Below are positions 1 through 13,626 of a DNA stretch of 64,000 bases, piece by piece. The first letter of the stretch is position 1. Each line of letters starts with the position of its first letter. The notes beneath the pieces are model-generated. The model had not been told where the DNA came from. It saw only the letters and a list, made by a program, of their open reading frames with translations, and did no database searches. The translations under genes were made by a program, and so were the position numbers. The stretch comes from Kondoa subrosea. Its lineage: Eukaryota. Where the stretch lies: contig BCIN01000004.1 of assembly GCA_039545335.1 (NCBI GenBank), forward strand, positions 1,354,925 to 1,418,924, read 5' to 3'.

Positions 1-724
1 AGGGATTCTAGAAGCCAGTGCGAATCGCTCTGTTGTGCATTGGAATGCTGGGATGTTGAAGTAGAAGCCGTGCTACGAGATTGCTGCATTCATATAGGTC
101 TCAAGTCACTGTCTCGGGAAAAAAAAAGAGAGTGATCTCAATTTCGGTCCCTGGAGTGCTTGGATTGATCTGCGCCGAGACAATCGACATTTCGAAGCCG
201 ACATGAAGACTACTAGCAGATGACGAAAAGATATACTGCTCAAGCTCTCAAAGCGAAGGTCGCGTCGCTTGAACTTGAGGGCGCGCTAATGCAATAAGTA
301 AAAAGTCTGAATGATTGCCATGATCAAGCTTATGTAAGCGATACAAGTATGTTGGCTGCTCCTGAGGTATGCCAAAGAGCATGAATATGTATCCCATAAT
401 GACGTTCCAGAGCATCTTATTGACCTGTTTGTTTTTCGAGAAGTTGAAGATGCGAACAATGAGCAACGGAGGAGTGCCGCAAGCATTTCAGAAGCTTCTC
501 TGCCCTCCTTGGGTCCATCTCAATATGGATCCGACGAATTCGCGAACAATTAGCCGCAGAACAATGGTTACCTCAGACTTGCCCCACCAATAACGAAAAC
601 ACTCAAGACATATCTCTGCTTCCAGGGCAAGCTTCTGACCTGCTACTCCGATATAGTAGCCAGCTTCAGCTTCCTCTGACTCGTAGCATTCAATTGAAAC
701 AGTGAGGCCAAGACTGCTGCTCAT
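1..724 (-). CDS. Possible hypothetical multi-exon gene running off the left edge of the window
   Basis: ATG ORF at 724 (MSSSLGLTVSIECYESEEAEAGYYIG...) with a GTAACC donor-like site after ...WWGKSE. Downstream exons could not be assembled with confidence and no motif was recognised. Confidence 0.2.
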
Positions 725-1788
725 TGTTTGCCCAGGGATTGGCTCGACAAAAGCAGATTTGCAGCTATTGCGCTATGTCGCACAATTTCAGCCGGAGTCC
801 ATCAATGAAGTTTCGTAGAACTGATGATCAGGATCAGCGCGAGACTGATGCTGTGCACATTGAGACAAACTGCACATTTGATCTGCTCGGACGAATTGCC
901 ATCTCTTCTCTTGCTAAACAGCTTAGCACTCATCTCAGGTTTAGCAGTATTGTTGCAGCGCCAATCCTCAGTACCACCTAAAGCCCATTGCCCGATTTAA
1001 TTTCAATCGTATAGACTCCGAGATGCGTCGCCATTTGATTAAGGCGCATGCTGCAACGCTGAAGGACCAACGTTCGGCCTTCGCACTACTGACACGCCAA
1101 CAATTGCGAATTCTGGGTTAAGATGGGCGAATCGCTTCCTTCCAAAGCTTTGCCCTCTTTGATTCCCAGCGGCCAATTCATCGTCCAAAGCACGAAGCAG
1201 CCCTTAGGCTTGTTCAATGATAAGCGACCGCCTATCCTGGCAGCTGCTTGAATTATCGCTTGCTAATCTCAAGGCAAGAATGCAGCAAACAAAGGATCGG
1301 AATCGAAGACGATTGGCTTCGAGTTGCTCTGATGCTGTGGTCCTTTTTCAAGGCTCGACGCCATACCAGAGCACTGGAGTTTCGACACCAAATGCGCTTC
1401 GTCGCTTCAGGTCAGCTTGGCAGCTTGCACGTCGCATGGAATTCGATCTCAAGAGCTGGCTACTCTAAAAGTTTCTTGTGCTGTGTCTCTTTCTTTCGCC
1501 GATATACGCTCGTTTTCCATTGCATTACTTCCCATTTTTCTATCAGCTCGTCTTTCTCCTTTTATTATGCCCAATCAAAGTCATACTGCATGGCAACAAG
1601 ATGCATTATCTGGAGTAGATTAGTCTGGGCAACAGGCTCATGTTCAATTTCGTCTCCCTTCATCAAGGCCGAACAGTCCTGTAATCATCAGCAGACGCAC
1701 GTACTAAGCCCGAGATAGAGCCTAAGCCGAGCTGGCTTTTTCAATTAGCGATTTGATCTGCTTCTTCTCCTCTAACAAACGTTTAATC

Positions 1789-4308
1789 ATGTCACGGCCA
1801 ACTACTCCAACGAGTCCAAACCCTCTACAGCAACGTTTTCGTGCTTTGACAAATGCTCAGCTCCCTCTTGCTGTAAGTCCGGTGTCAGGCTCAAGCGCTT
1901 CAGCAGTCCAATCTCATATCCAATCTCATATCCAGGCTGCCGTCCCTCCTGAATCGGACATGGAAGCTCGATTTCAGCAATTGCGCCCAGCGAATCCATC
2001 ATCACCTGCTCTAACCTCGTCAGCCTGTGCAGCTCAGGCGGAAGCACTGGCATCTCGCTTCAAAGGTCTGACACAACCATTACCCACGAATAGGCGATCA
2101 GGTGTTTCTCAACCGACTCCAATACGACCGCCGACTGCTTCTCAACCGAAATTCGTAACGCCTGTTCCGCTTCAACCTCCTAGGCAAGCGACTCCCGCAC
2201 AACCGAGCCAAGCCTCCTCTAGAGTTGCCTCACACGCTCAATCGCTGATCAACAACAACAACAGCAGACCATCTACGCCCTTGCACACTGGTCAAAGCGG
2301 TCACGTCACTTCCAAACGGGCATTCCAAGTAACTGACGGGCAATGGGAAAAGAAGGAAGAAGAGTGGGCAATTGGTTTATGGCGATTGGCACTCAAACAT
2401 TGGGCGTGGCGAGATACCAAGTAAGCACGACGATTTTAATATGTAGCTGCATGACTGACTTTTATACAGAGGTCAAAAATACAAGCCACCTGTTATATGG
2501 GATGAAGCCACTAGTCTGAGCAAACATGCTCTTCCAAAGCTCGTTACTCCTTTGGTCATCATGTTCCGCGAAATGCCGGTAACTCTGATCTTATAACTTC
2601 CGAGCTAATATAAGCTGACGTATCATGTTTCTCCTCAGGGTTGGAATGGTGTCGGTCAAGAGGGCTTTGTCGATTCATTTGGAACCGATACATTGAAAGC
2701 TCAAGTGAACAGCATGCTCAGCGGAAAGTTGCCGGCTTTGGTCAGTATGCATGTCAATCTCACTGTTGGTGTCTGCGGCTGATTTCTACGTTCCTGGTCA
2801 GATGAACTTTGAGCATTGCATACTTTACCTACCTAAACTGCGGAAAGCATTGAATGATCAAATAGCAATGTACACTTTGGCTCATCGTGGAACTCATCGA
2901 GCTTACCTTGAAGCTTGCAACGCATTGGCTGAATTTCAGAAGCGGAAGAGCAAGTACGCATTCGAATATTCAAATTTTCTTCAGCTCTATAGACAGGCCG
3001 AAGCTGAATTAAAAGCTGGACGTCGTTCTGATTTCGAAGTCCGCTTGAAACGCGCTGAAACAGCCAAGGCCAATTTCCCAACGAGCAAGGAGTTCAAGGC
3101 ATATGTCGACTTCTACAAATATACACAGCTGCCCGCAAGCTCAAAAGGTACAGATGCAGTCGCCGCTCGAGAGAAGGCTCAGATCTACTTGGGGCAAGAA
3201 CAGTCCCTTGAAAGATCGCAGAAGGATGCTGCAGCTGCATGGTCCAACTGGAACGCTGGCCATTCACAACATGTGTATCTCTTTTGTCGAGCTAAGGAAG
3301 TTTACTGTCTCACAGAAGCGGTGATGTTTGCCGAGAAGCGTATGTTCTCTGCTCGGCAAGTAACGGACTTTAGCTCATACCATATCTAGATTGGAATGAG
3401 CCTGGTGCATCGATGGTTCACCATGTATTCTTGGCAAAGGCTTTCATCTGGTCTGCTTATGCTGCTCACTTGAAGGACTTGCCTCAACCAGTTCTTCCCG
3501 ACCAGCCCGAAAGTCTACAGAATGTGCGTTCAGTCGTCAAACAATCCGTTATCACGCATCGCGACTTCGATCGAGGTACTGGAGAGCATCACTCAAGCTG
3601 TGTCGGAATCAAATACACACTACACAATTTTCGGCCTGAGATTCGTAAGTACTTGTAACGAACATGTCAGAGGAAAACTAAAGAGACATGCCAGGCATCT
3701 ATGGTTCTTGGAAAGCTATGAAAGCTAGCTGTCACACTGATCAGATTGTCCGAGAACCCTACATCGCTTATTACTTGAGTGAAGGTCTTTTACAAAAGGC
3801 CGGAATAGAGGCAGCAAATCTTGGTCGTACCGATATGAACTCAAGGCAACCCTATAGCGATGTCAAAAGCCTGGAGGACGATTTGCAGCGTGGGGCGCAA
3901 TCTATAGCAGTCGCTCAGAATGCATACTTGGAAACCGACCTGAAGCAAATCAAGCGAATCTTTGATGTGGGAAGATCGGAGGAGGAAAAAATCAAAGCAA
4001 GAAGGCACTATTTGGGGGAGTTCGGCTATGCTGAAGAAGAAGTTAACAGGCTGTGGTATGCGGCCAACATGTGAGTCGCGTCCAGTTGATTAACAGTCGA
4101 TTAAACTTGCTGAATTCCGCAGACGCTTTGATGAACCAGCGGGAGAAGACCTGGAAGTTGCGACGAGCAAGACTATTGCCGAACCTAAGTAAGCGGTGTC
4201 GTTGCTTTCCATGGTAAGCTCAAATGATTTGTCTTCAACAGGATCAAATATATGATCAATATGGAAAGAATCAAAAGCGAGTGCGATTACCTTGCTGGTC
4301 GTCCTTGA
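1789..4308 (+). CDS. Hypothetical protein (~8 exons): Pro/Ser-rich N-terminus with three LxxRFxxL motifs, then an alpha-helical region
   Basis: ATG at 1789. Long ORFs (1753-2424, 2751-3389, 3413-3658, 3688-4074) join through short GT..AG introns (e.g. GTAAGC at 2421, GTGAGT at 4071). The last exon ends ...ECDYLAGRP-TGA at 4306-4308. No family recognised. Confidence 0.7.
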
Positions 4309-5051
4309 ACCTTATGAAGCTGGATGAATGTATATTAAATTTGACATGCATTTTCTAATGTACATGCTTCAGTGCTGCTTTTACAACCCTTCCTTTACAG
4401 ACCACTGACTGAATCTCTCTATACTTATGCGCTAGCAACGAAACCCAGCGAATTGCGAGCAATGGTCCCGTTTTGACTACCAACAGACAGGATATCTTGA
4501 CCCACACAAGGCAATATCTATATCGGCTCGATGACGGCTGCTGCATCATGCATACCTGGCCAGTGGCCTGTGTTGATGCGCAATGTCGACGTTGCAATTG
4601 ATTGATGCCGTTGGTTCACGCCCAAGTAGCGTCGTATGCCGAGCAAGTGAATACACAGCGATGGCAGGTATGTCAGGTGTCCAATCGTACTTCATGCTGA
4701 CCGAGATTGAGATCACGAATAGAGAGGCTTGGCGACTGAGGTCAAGCAAAGCAGATCCTTGAGCTGAAATGCTCCACGCACTTGAAGTACGATTTAGACT
4801 GAATGACCAGAAGGAAATGTAGCACAGTACAGCAAAGGAGCATCCCAACACCGTGTTAAGCACGCCAAATGCGGGACATTGAGCGATGTCCGATAACAGA
4901 CCCTGGCTCGCGATGACACGCTCGAGATGATGAGAGGAAGAGAACTATGATTAGCATTCGCTGGCGAAGTAGCGTAGCCAGAACACAACAGAACTTCAAG
5001 CAGTTTGCAGATAGACGCTTGTCTTGAAACCAAACAGCAGAGCAAGGCAAG

Positions 5052-6562
5052 ATGTCAGATTCAGCGCAGCTCCTTTCTATGGGCTTCTCTGTACGTCCTC
5101 TGCGTAGCGCAGGCAAGAATCGTTTCCTGAGTTCGTCGTACTGGGAATAGCAAGCCAAAGTTACGAAAGCTCTGAAAGTGACAAAGGTCGGCTCGGCTGG
5201 CTATTTAAGTGCTCATGCTAACGTTCCACTTCAGAATTCTGGATTACAACCTGCTCTAGGTCCATCCTCGGCCTTTTGCGAACGCGAACAGTGATCTCAT
5301 TCGCTTTGGATTGCAGATTGGCTCATTGCTCATGTGGATGATCCTGAGCCTGTAGAAGGTGAAGATGATACGACTTTGGAAGAGGCAGCCGAAACGGAAG
5401 AGTCCAAAATCAAGCGATTGGAAGGCGAAGGAACTGCGAAGGTGCGGTCTCAAGCTCTGACATCTCAAAGGTAGCTAATACGTGCTGCTGCCACACAGTC
5501 TTTGGTCTGCTCTGATTGTGGGAAACGATTCAAATCGACTGCGGTAGCTGAATATCGTCAGACACTTTATCGTTCTCAAGTTGATTCTCGCTGATCAATA
5601 TGCACAGACGCGACTAAGAGCGGTCATGAGAATTTCGCAAGTGCCTTGTCTGAGTAAGTTAGTTACTTCCCGCTTACATAGCCTTGGATCTTGCAGGAGG
5701 AATCGACGGAAGAGATCAAACCTTTGACTGAAGAAGAAAAGAAGCAGAAATTGGAAGAGCTGCGTGCTGCTATGCAGATCAAACGCGCTGCCAAAGCGAA
5801 ACAAGATGCAGAGGATGCAAAGCAGGTGAGAAGTGGTGCAATCTTCAGCTGAAATCTCCAGCTAGAATGGTTGTCGTGCCTTCTCACAGAATGAAGCTAT
5901 CCGACGCAAAGCTGGCAAAGATCAAGGACAGATCAAGGAAGATGTATGCTCTCCGACGTCTTAGCTAATTCGAGCTAAGAAAATGTGGTCGTATACAGTT
6001 GAAGCTTAAAGAGGCGGAAAAGGAAGCTGCTCAGCGAAAGAAGTACGTGTCGCCGAACGATAATCGCTCATGCTGACCGCATCAATAGGGACAAACAGCT
6101 CGAGCTGGAGGCAAAGAATCGAGTTAAGCTACAAATTGAGGCGGACAAGAAAGCTCGAGCGGATAAAGCAGCTCGAGACAAAGCGTATGTCCAGCTGGCT
6201 GCGATCGCGTCATATATGTTAAAGGGCCTGATGGATTTCACAGTCTTCGAGAAGGCAAAGCACCCCCATCCACTGAAACTGGGCCAACTGGACCTTCCAC
6301 TATCGCAGCGCCAGCCAAATCTAATGCCTCTCAAGCACGTCTACAGATTAGATTACCGGATGGACCACCTCTAGTCACGACTTTACCGGCAACAGATACT
6401 CTGCAATCGGTAGCGGCCTACGTCTCATCTCAGAAGCCTGATTTGGTATCACCCAAGTTCTCAATGACGTTTCCGAGGAAAGTTTTCAGCAATGCTGACA
6501 TGCAGAAAAGCTTGGGTGATTTGGGATTGACGCCTTCTGCTGTATTAGTAGTGACGACTTGA
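5052..6562 (+). CDS. UBA-C2H2 ZnF-coiled coil-UBX protein (UBXN1/SAKS1-like Cdc48/p97 adaptor)
   Basis: Spliced translation: MSDSAQLLSMGFS (UBA MGF motif) ...DWLIAH; LVCSDCGKRFKS...HATKSGH (C2H2); ESTEEIKPLTEEEKKQKLEELR; C-terminal ARLQIRLPDG...MTFPRKVF...LGLTPSAVLVV (UBX R..FPR motif). It is missing from the ORF track because the exons are short. Confidence 0.9.
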
Positions 6563-6698
6563 AGTTGCAGATGCAAGGACTAATGTATATTAGATTTCGA
6601 TGTGCGAAACTTTGGAAACGCATTGATGACCTCGTTATGGTACTTTTCATGTGCTGAACTAAACCGCTATATACAATATTTCCTTCACTTCTGCGCAC

Positions 6699-9500
6699 TC
6701 ATTGCGAGTTGACAAAGGTCTGATTGATGTTATCGTACAAGAACCCAGCTTGGCTCAACACGTTGCATGCGTCAGTGTATTGCAATGGAATGTTCATAGG
6801 CGTGCTATCTAGTTGATGAATAGGTTCAGCTGCGGTCGCGCTGAAGACTGGCCATGTCGAATTGAGAACCGTCGCTAATGTGCCTTCATAAGATCGACCA
6901 CGAGCTCTGAGATAATCTGGAGATGGGTTTGGATCGTGCGTTCTGAAGAATGCAGTCCAAGAGTCCACGACATACTGAATGTCACCAATGAGACAACACA
7001 AAGGGAAAGTATTTAGAGAATGGTGCACTCACTCTGTTGTACTGAAGATCGTTGTAAGTTCCGTTCTGGTTGTATGCTATTCCTCGAACATTGCTGTTGC
7101 CAAATACTTCGCTGATGTCTGTAAGAAGCGGTCAGGATAAATTTATCGATTTGCGAACATCAATGTACCTTCTGCGTGGCAGACCTAAAGTAATCGATGA
7201 GCTCAAGCGTCTGATGGTCATACATACACTCACATGATCAATTCCACTGGGGTTGTTCGGTGTGCATGTAGCAGGATTCAATCCGTCGAATGCGCTAATA
7301 CCTTGATCCAATCGATATGCATACTGCTTGGAGAAGGTATTCTGGTTCGCTGCTGCTACGATAATCTCTTGGTACGGACCTGACCAAATTCTCGTTATGA
7401 CAAGAAGATAAGGCAGCAAGAGACTTCTACTTACATTGCCAAGCGTAAAGAGTCGAAAGTTGAGCTACAGCGTCGGTGATGGCATCAGGATCAGTTGTAC
7501 TGATTCAGAGAAGAAGATACCGCATTAGCAAACAATCTTTCGATACAATGTTAGATGCTTTAACTCACTTGACCGGGAAGTCGTTTGAGTTGTTTTGGAT
7601 CAAGGTAGCAGTTTTGTTATCGAATGCTTGGCCGACTACTAGATTGAAGACATCACGGGTTGCAGGGAGTCCAGATGGCAGTGCAGCGCCGATGAAGAGT
7701 GAGGCTTCATCTCTGTTGTTACCGCTTAGGAAGGGAATGTTGCCGCTTGGGAGATTCTTATTGTTGATGAGAGTCAAGAATTGGTCGTCAAGAACACCGA
7801 TACTTGGATTGAGTACTGCGGTAATCAGAAAGAATCAGCAATGCCTAAAGCAGCGCTCAAACGGCTCACTTGGTGCGATTGGCTCGACTATATCACAGTG
7901 GTAAGTAATTTTCCGGGTTGATGGGATTGTGACATACCTCGACTTGTGACAGCTGTAGCGCCATCATACAGTGTTAGGGCTTGACTTGCAGCTGTTCCAA
8001 TAGCAGTTGTTGTCTCCAGCGATTGGAAAGCTCCAGCATCGACATTCATCAAACAAGTCTTGAGCGCACTCTCATCAAAGACATTAGTACAATTGACCGA
8101 TGCTCCGACTTGAGGAGTGATATAGTCGCTGTAGACTTTTCTCACTGGCCATGGAATGCCAATGGGTGCAGATTGTTGGATAGCGGCTGAGAAAAGACCT
8201 TTCGCTGAAGTTGATGAAAGAATCGCGATAACACTTTGACCACCGGCACTCTCTCTGTTTATCGAGCTTGGTCAATCGCAAGATTGAAAGCTTGATTAGA
8301 TTCCTTACCCGAAGATGGTCACTAAAACATCTAAATCAGCATGACGAACACCATCATAAAAGGGAAGCTATCGACCTCTGTCTTTGTCACCACCGAAACT
8401 AGAAATATATTGCTGTACCCATCTTAGCGCTTGAATCTGATCAGTTATGCCTTGACTGCCACTGAATTCTCCATCTGATGTTGCCAAATTGCCTAGAGCG
8501 GAAAGACGATAGCTATACCAGAAGTTAGAACGTCTATGCAGAAATGACAGAAGTGACCAAGTGTAACTTACTTGATAGTCACAACGACTACATTGCCTCG
8601 AGAAGCCATATTGCCACCATCGTAGCCAGACAAAGAAGCAGCGCCCGAAGTAAAAGATCCTCCATCTAGGTGGATACTCAGCAATGCACCGAACTTGAAC
8701 AAAGTTGACTTACAAATCCATACAGCAACAGGCAATAATTCTGCTGATGAGTTTTGACCAGGAAGGTAAGGTGTGAAGATATTGAGGGTCAGGCAGTCTT
8801 CGCTCTGATAGAAACCGCCAACTTGTAGACAACTAGGACCGAAACCTGTAGCATTGATTGTGGTAGAACCAGTGTAAGGTTGAGCAGGCCTGAATCGTAA
8901 AGAGCCAGTGGGAGCTGTATTTCTGTCAGTTGAGGTCAAGGACGTATATATACGACACATACGGGCTGCGAAAGGAATAGCCAAAGCACGGAAAGATCGA
9001 GCATCTCTGAAAGCTGTCACTGAAAGATTTCCAGCTTGCAGGGTGAAAGTAGTGCCTTGACCAGTGGCCGTATTATTGACCGAGTAAGCTGTAGCAGAGT
9101 TCGTGCAGAGTACTGGATGGGATTCAGAACAGTCTGCAGAGCCGCTTGATGAAGCTAAAGAGAAAGTGTCGCAAACTTGATTCTGACGACCCCATTTTAC
9201 CGATCGCCTTTGCTGATTCGAACTTGAAGTCCAGTATTTTGTGCTGTTTGTTGTAGCATTGGTATATACAAGATATCTAAGCTGATCTTGAATGTCTGAG
9301 GAGACAGTTGAGAGAAGCTGTTCATTATACTGCTGACAGAGAGCTGCAGCATTTGAGAATGGAACAGATGTATTAAGCAAAAGAGCAGGAGTAGAGATGT
9401 TTGGAGTGAGGTCGTTCTGGAACAGAACTCGTGCAGGTCCATTGATCGTCTGAGCAGAGACGAAAGAGGCATAAGCCAACAAAGGGTATAGACAAATCAT
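6699..9500 (-). CDS. Secreted type-B carboxylesterase/lipase (alpha/beta hydrolase) with an N-terminal extension
   Basis: Signal peptide MICLYPLLAYASFVSAQ; SEDCLTLNIFTP; oxyanion GGSFTSG; GNVVVVTI; nucleophile elbow VTIFG|ESAGGQS split by an intron near 8255-8310. Multi-exon. Confidence 0.9.
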
Positions 9501-9793
9501 TGCCCGTCGATGAAAGCGAACAAGAGGAGCACCACACAAGACAATTGGCAATCACATTCAGAAACGGTAAAAGGAAATCGCATTAGCGAGAGTCATTTGA
9601 AAGTAAGGAACTCGGCCGCGGCCGCCGCGAAATCGACGGCAGCATGGACAAATAAACTTCTCTCGTTCTCCTTAGTACTGAGCATCGACATGTGTAGGAG
9701 ACTGATTACGGATGCTTCGCTGAGCAAGATAAAGAGACGCGATTTTTCATAATTTCATATTCCCTACCGCGACCTTATTGTTAAACGACAGAC

Positions 9794-10968
9794 ATGGACT
9801 CTGATGCTCCTGCAGCTGCTGCTTTCATTTCTTTACCTCTGGAGCTGCATGCCATGATCAAACCTCACTTTCCTACCGTTGATTTGATCCATCTTGCTCA
9901 AACTTGTCGCTTTTTCAGCCAAATGTACAATGAAGACCTCTTTCGTTGCATGTGCCAGCAGTCAGGCTTGTACTTGTTTGACAAATTGAAGGTTTACAAT
10001 CAGTTTGGTACTGTTGACGTGAAGAAAAGCTGGAAGGGCAGGCCACGTTATCGCCCAAGGGAACCAGCGGAATGTCGAGACAACAGCGGTTCTCATATCT
10101 TATACGCAGCGATGCCGTCGTATCGCGCTTTAGCCAAAGCTGCTACGAAGCATGCTGAAGAGTGTACTGTAGCCGGGTGTTCATTCCCCTCGCTAGTCGC
10201 ACCTCGTGAGTGTTACATTGTTACTAGCCTAGACCTGGCTCCTGAAAGCTTTACATCTAAAGCGGAGATCTCCACTATTGCTATTCTGAATGAAGAAGAA
10301 GTTCTCCAACGCAAATTGAAGCTGAATCTCGACGTTTTCGATAACATCGAATTAGGACTCTTTCAAGATTTTGCAAATGTCACTGCAAACGATTTGTCAG
10401 TCGCCGATCACTTTCCATATCTTTCCCGTGCAGCTACTTCTCCACCAGTCGACAAACTTATTCTTTCTTCTGCCAATGTTCAAATTACCAAGGTCAATTC
10501 GGCAGTCACTATAGGAGATGTCTTGGTCGCCTTGTTCAACGGTAGATCTGCAGACCCTACTTTAGTGTAATAAAATTTGATGTACGCATCTGCAGATATT
10601 AGCGAAGGTTGTGGTGTTACAGCAGATGAGCGAGCAGATAGATTGGCTTCCAAAGGTTATGATTCGCGCTATGACGAGACCTATAATGAGATCTTCGAGG
10701 ATACTTGGTATAGCGAATTGAAGAAGAAGGTCCGTCTCTGATTTTCGGTTTACTGTCTGAGTGTACTGAAGTGTCAGCTTTAGATGGGTCGCAAGTATTT
10801 CAATGTGCCTTGATCTCATTGTTGGCCGATCGTTCGCTGATGCTATGGATAGGGTCTTACTACGAAGAAGAAGGGCAGTATCGAAGTGAAGATCGTCAAA
10901 GGCATTCAGATGGATTGAGCTTTGCATGTCGATGTGACGTAGTATTTGGAAGTGCTTCGAAGACTTGA
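9794..10968 (+). CDS. F-box domain protein
   Basis: The N-terminus FISLPLELHAMIKPHFPTVDLIHLAQTCRFF matches the F-box consensus (LP.EL...I...L...DL..L..TCR.F). The 3' exon structure is approximate. Confidence 0.75.
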
Positions 10969-11005
10969 ACAACATTGATACAAGCATGATTGATTATTAC
11001 TTCCA

Positions 11006-13403
11006 TTAATACAATCTCGACTTGACTATGTCAAAGCGGCCTGCGTAGCGGTCAATTCAAGGGTCAGCGTGGTGCAGACCAGCCAGTCACCGAGACACAC
11101 CTAGCTTGGCCATTGTAATGGTCGCAGGTGCATCTTTATTACCTTCCAGCCTGACTTTGCGCTTGTCCGAGGAATCGTATTTTGAGTTGTCGAGAAGCTG
11201 GGAGACAAACTTGTCGGCATTCTGACGTAGCGAACTCAGTCGGAATTTGCTAAAGGAAGAAGAACAAAGCGGCTTTACCTTTTCCATCTGATTCGTACCG
11301 ATTGGCGGTCGACCTCTAGCATTAAGCTCATCCTCTTGGGCTCTTTCTTCCATACCACTCGATCGTCGAGCAGCAAAGGCGCGCAAGTTGATGCTGTGCA
11401 CTGTTCTCACCTCCCGCACCACGAGAAAGCCGAACCACTCACCCTATGAACAGCTTAAACAGGACCAGCCTGTATCGCGTATCAGATTGAGTCCATATGT
11501 AACAGAAGACGAACTTACCCAATCCAAGCCACGCTCAATACTAATCCTATCAAAGCCCATTTCCTAACTTTCGCTTGACTCTCTTCTCCAAGTACACCCC
11601 CAGTAGCTAACCAACCTCTTCCCACACCTCTTCTTCTAATCAAAGGTGCACATTCATCCACATGAGAATCATCGCTCAACATATCCCTCATTTGAAAAAG
11701 TATTCTCACAGCCAAACAACCCAAAGGTAAACTTGCGAAACCTAACCTTTTACTAACTACTGGTGATTGATCTACTGGTTTGGAAGATAATAAAAGATCG
11801 GAACATAAAACGTCTATAAATCTGGAATAAACTTGTGGTCGGATATGATTGAATTTGGTAATGAAAGCATGTTTGAGCCAATCGACTGCCATTTCCGAAC
11901 ATAGAACTATAATAACAGGTGAAAATATTTGGTTGATGGTCGTTAAGGAAGGTAAGACGGAGATAGTGATATAGGAAGCTGGGAGGGAAGAGAAAGTTGA
12001 TCCGGATACTTCAATGAGATTTCGTAGAGCGATGATAGACAAGAGTATGGCGAGTTGAAAGCGTTCCACTATATCTGCGCAACTCATTTGGAAGAGATTC
12101 TCCTTTTCAAATTTCTTGAACACGGCGCCTTTGATTTCGACAAACTGATTTGACAGCAATAACGTGAGCAAGGCATTAGAGTAGGAGTTGATGGCTACAT
12201 TGAGAGTGACAAGCTGGTAGAAGAGTACAAAGGTATGAGAGACTGAAAGAAAGATCAGACTGGCCGTAAAATGGAAATGTTTGTACTGACTGATGTAGAT
12301 CAAGCATAGCGCAAAAAGAGCTGTAGGCCGGAAATGCGGTTTGGAACCATCTCTTCTATATCCTAGAGCTGAGTTGGAAAACAAGGAGTCAAATAGATCT
12401 TGTCCAAAAGAGCAGCATAAGCGGTCTGCGATCTGCGCCAATTGTCAAAACCAATACTATCTGAAAAGAGAGTGCAGACCAACCTCTAGCACATTGAAGA
12501 TCACATAAAGCTTGAGTGTATCTTGACCTCTGACAGAATGGTACATCCGGCTAGCATCGGTCGAGCGTTGGAGGAAGATGCAAGAGAGAACGAAGAGAGT
12601 CCCTTTGAGTAGATCGCATTTGTGCGAAACTGGCATTCGCTTTCTTTTACGACGAGTGTAAGTTGCAGCTAACGATTCTTTGGAGAAGAGGTATAAGGCA
12701 GTAAAGAAGCGCAGCGGTAGAATAGTGAAGGTGTAGAGAAAAGCGTCTAGACAAATGATGATACCGAAGATGATCGTCTGCTCTGGCCGATACTTAGATT
12801 AGTCTAAATGAAGCAAAAGCTAGACGCACCTTCTCGACGGCCATAGGTACGCTAAAGAAGTTGGACACTCTTTCGCTTCGTTGTTCTGTGATCTCGTCCA
12901 TGCCGGTGACTCGAATCTCATCTTGTAGATACTCCCAGAGCGAGAATGGCAAGCGTCTGACTAGAGATCTTCGTTTCTGAGGCGAGACAACAAACTCTTC
13001 TTCTTCACGGGATGCAAGCACATAAGATGCTTCTATAGGGGAAAGCGGTTCTTCAGGTGAAGGATAATCTTCCGTATCATATAAATCCCCATTACTTGCT
13101 TCTCGTTGCGCTTCACTGAGGGATGAGTCAAGCCTTCGTTTGCGTGAGCGAGTTTGACCCGGTTCAGGACTAGGTGTACGATCTGGTGTAGGTGGATAAA
13201 CAGGGCTGCTGAGAGGAACAGCTTCGAGTTCTACATCTTCTGTAGATTTGAAGGATTCGACCGAAACATTGCCCAGACTGTATAGATTGGGCTGCGATAG
13301 TCGTCTTTAGCAGGCTACCCTCTTACAAAGGCATGGCTCGAAGAGTGGCTCACAGCTGACTCTGTTCTGTGTTCGTAGAAATTGTTATTGTGCTCTTGGT
13401 CAT
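11006..13403 (-). CDS. EMP65: ER membrane protein Emp65/TAPT1 family (DUF747)
   Basis: Conserved motifs YHSVRGQDTLKLYVIFNVLE, IADRLCCSFGQD, LLTLLLSNQFVEIKGAVFKKFEKENLFQ, DIVERFQ and VDWLKHAFITKFN. Start at ATG 13403 via a GTGAGC..AAAG intron; ends GRFDIVKSRLY-TAA. Confidence 0.93.
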
Positions 13404-13626
13404 ACAGCCGCTTCACTGCCATTGGTCACACGCGCACAGAGGTATCTTTGATGGCTCAATTGAGGCTTTGATCAGTATGCTGAGGTATATAGCAGTGCTG
13501 GATATCAACCGAGCCCTGAAGTAGTCGCTCGTGCGTTTCTGACAAGGGTCGCTCGAACGCATAATTCTGCTTCCGCGTGAGTCTTCAGCTGACAAAAGTA
13601 CTCTTCAGCTGATCCAGCGACAACAG

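Noticed and set aside
1100..1720. Overlapping ORFs 1217-1468 and 1248-1718
   Set aside because: No recognisable motif and no consistent splice model. It may be a gene relic, but I cannot support that.
4355..5045. Short minus-strand ORFs between the orphan gene and the UBX gene
   Set aside because: No convincing exon chain or protein signature.
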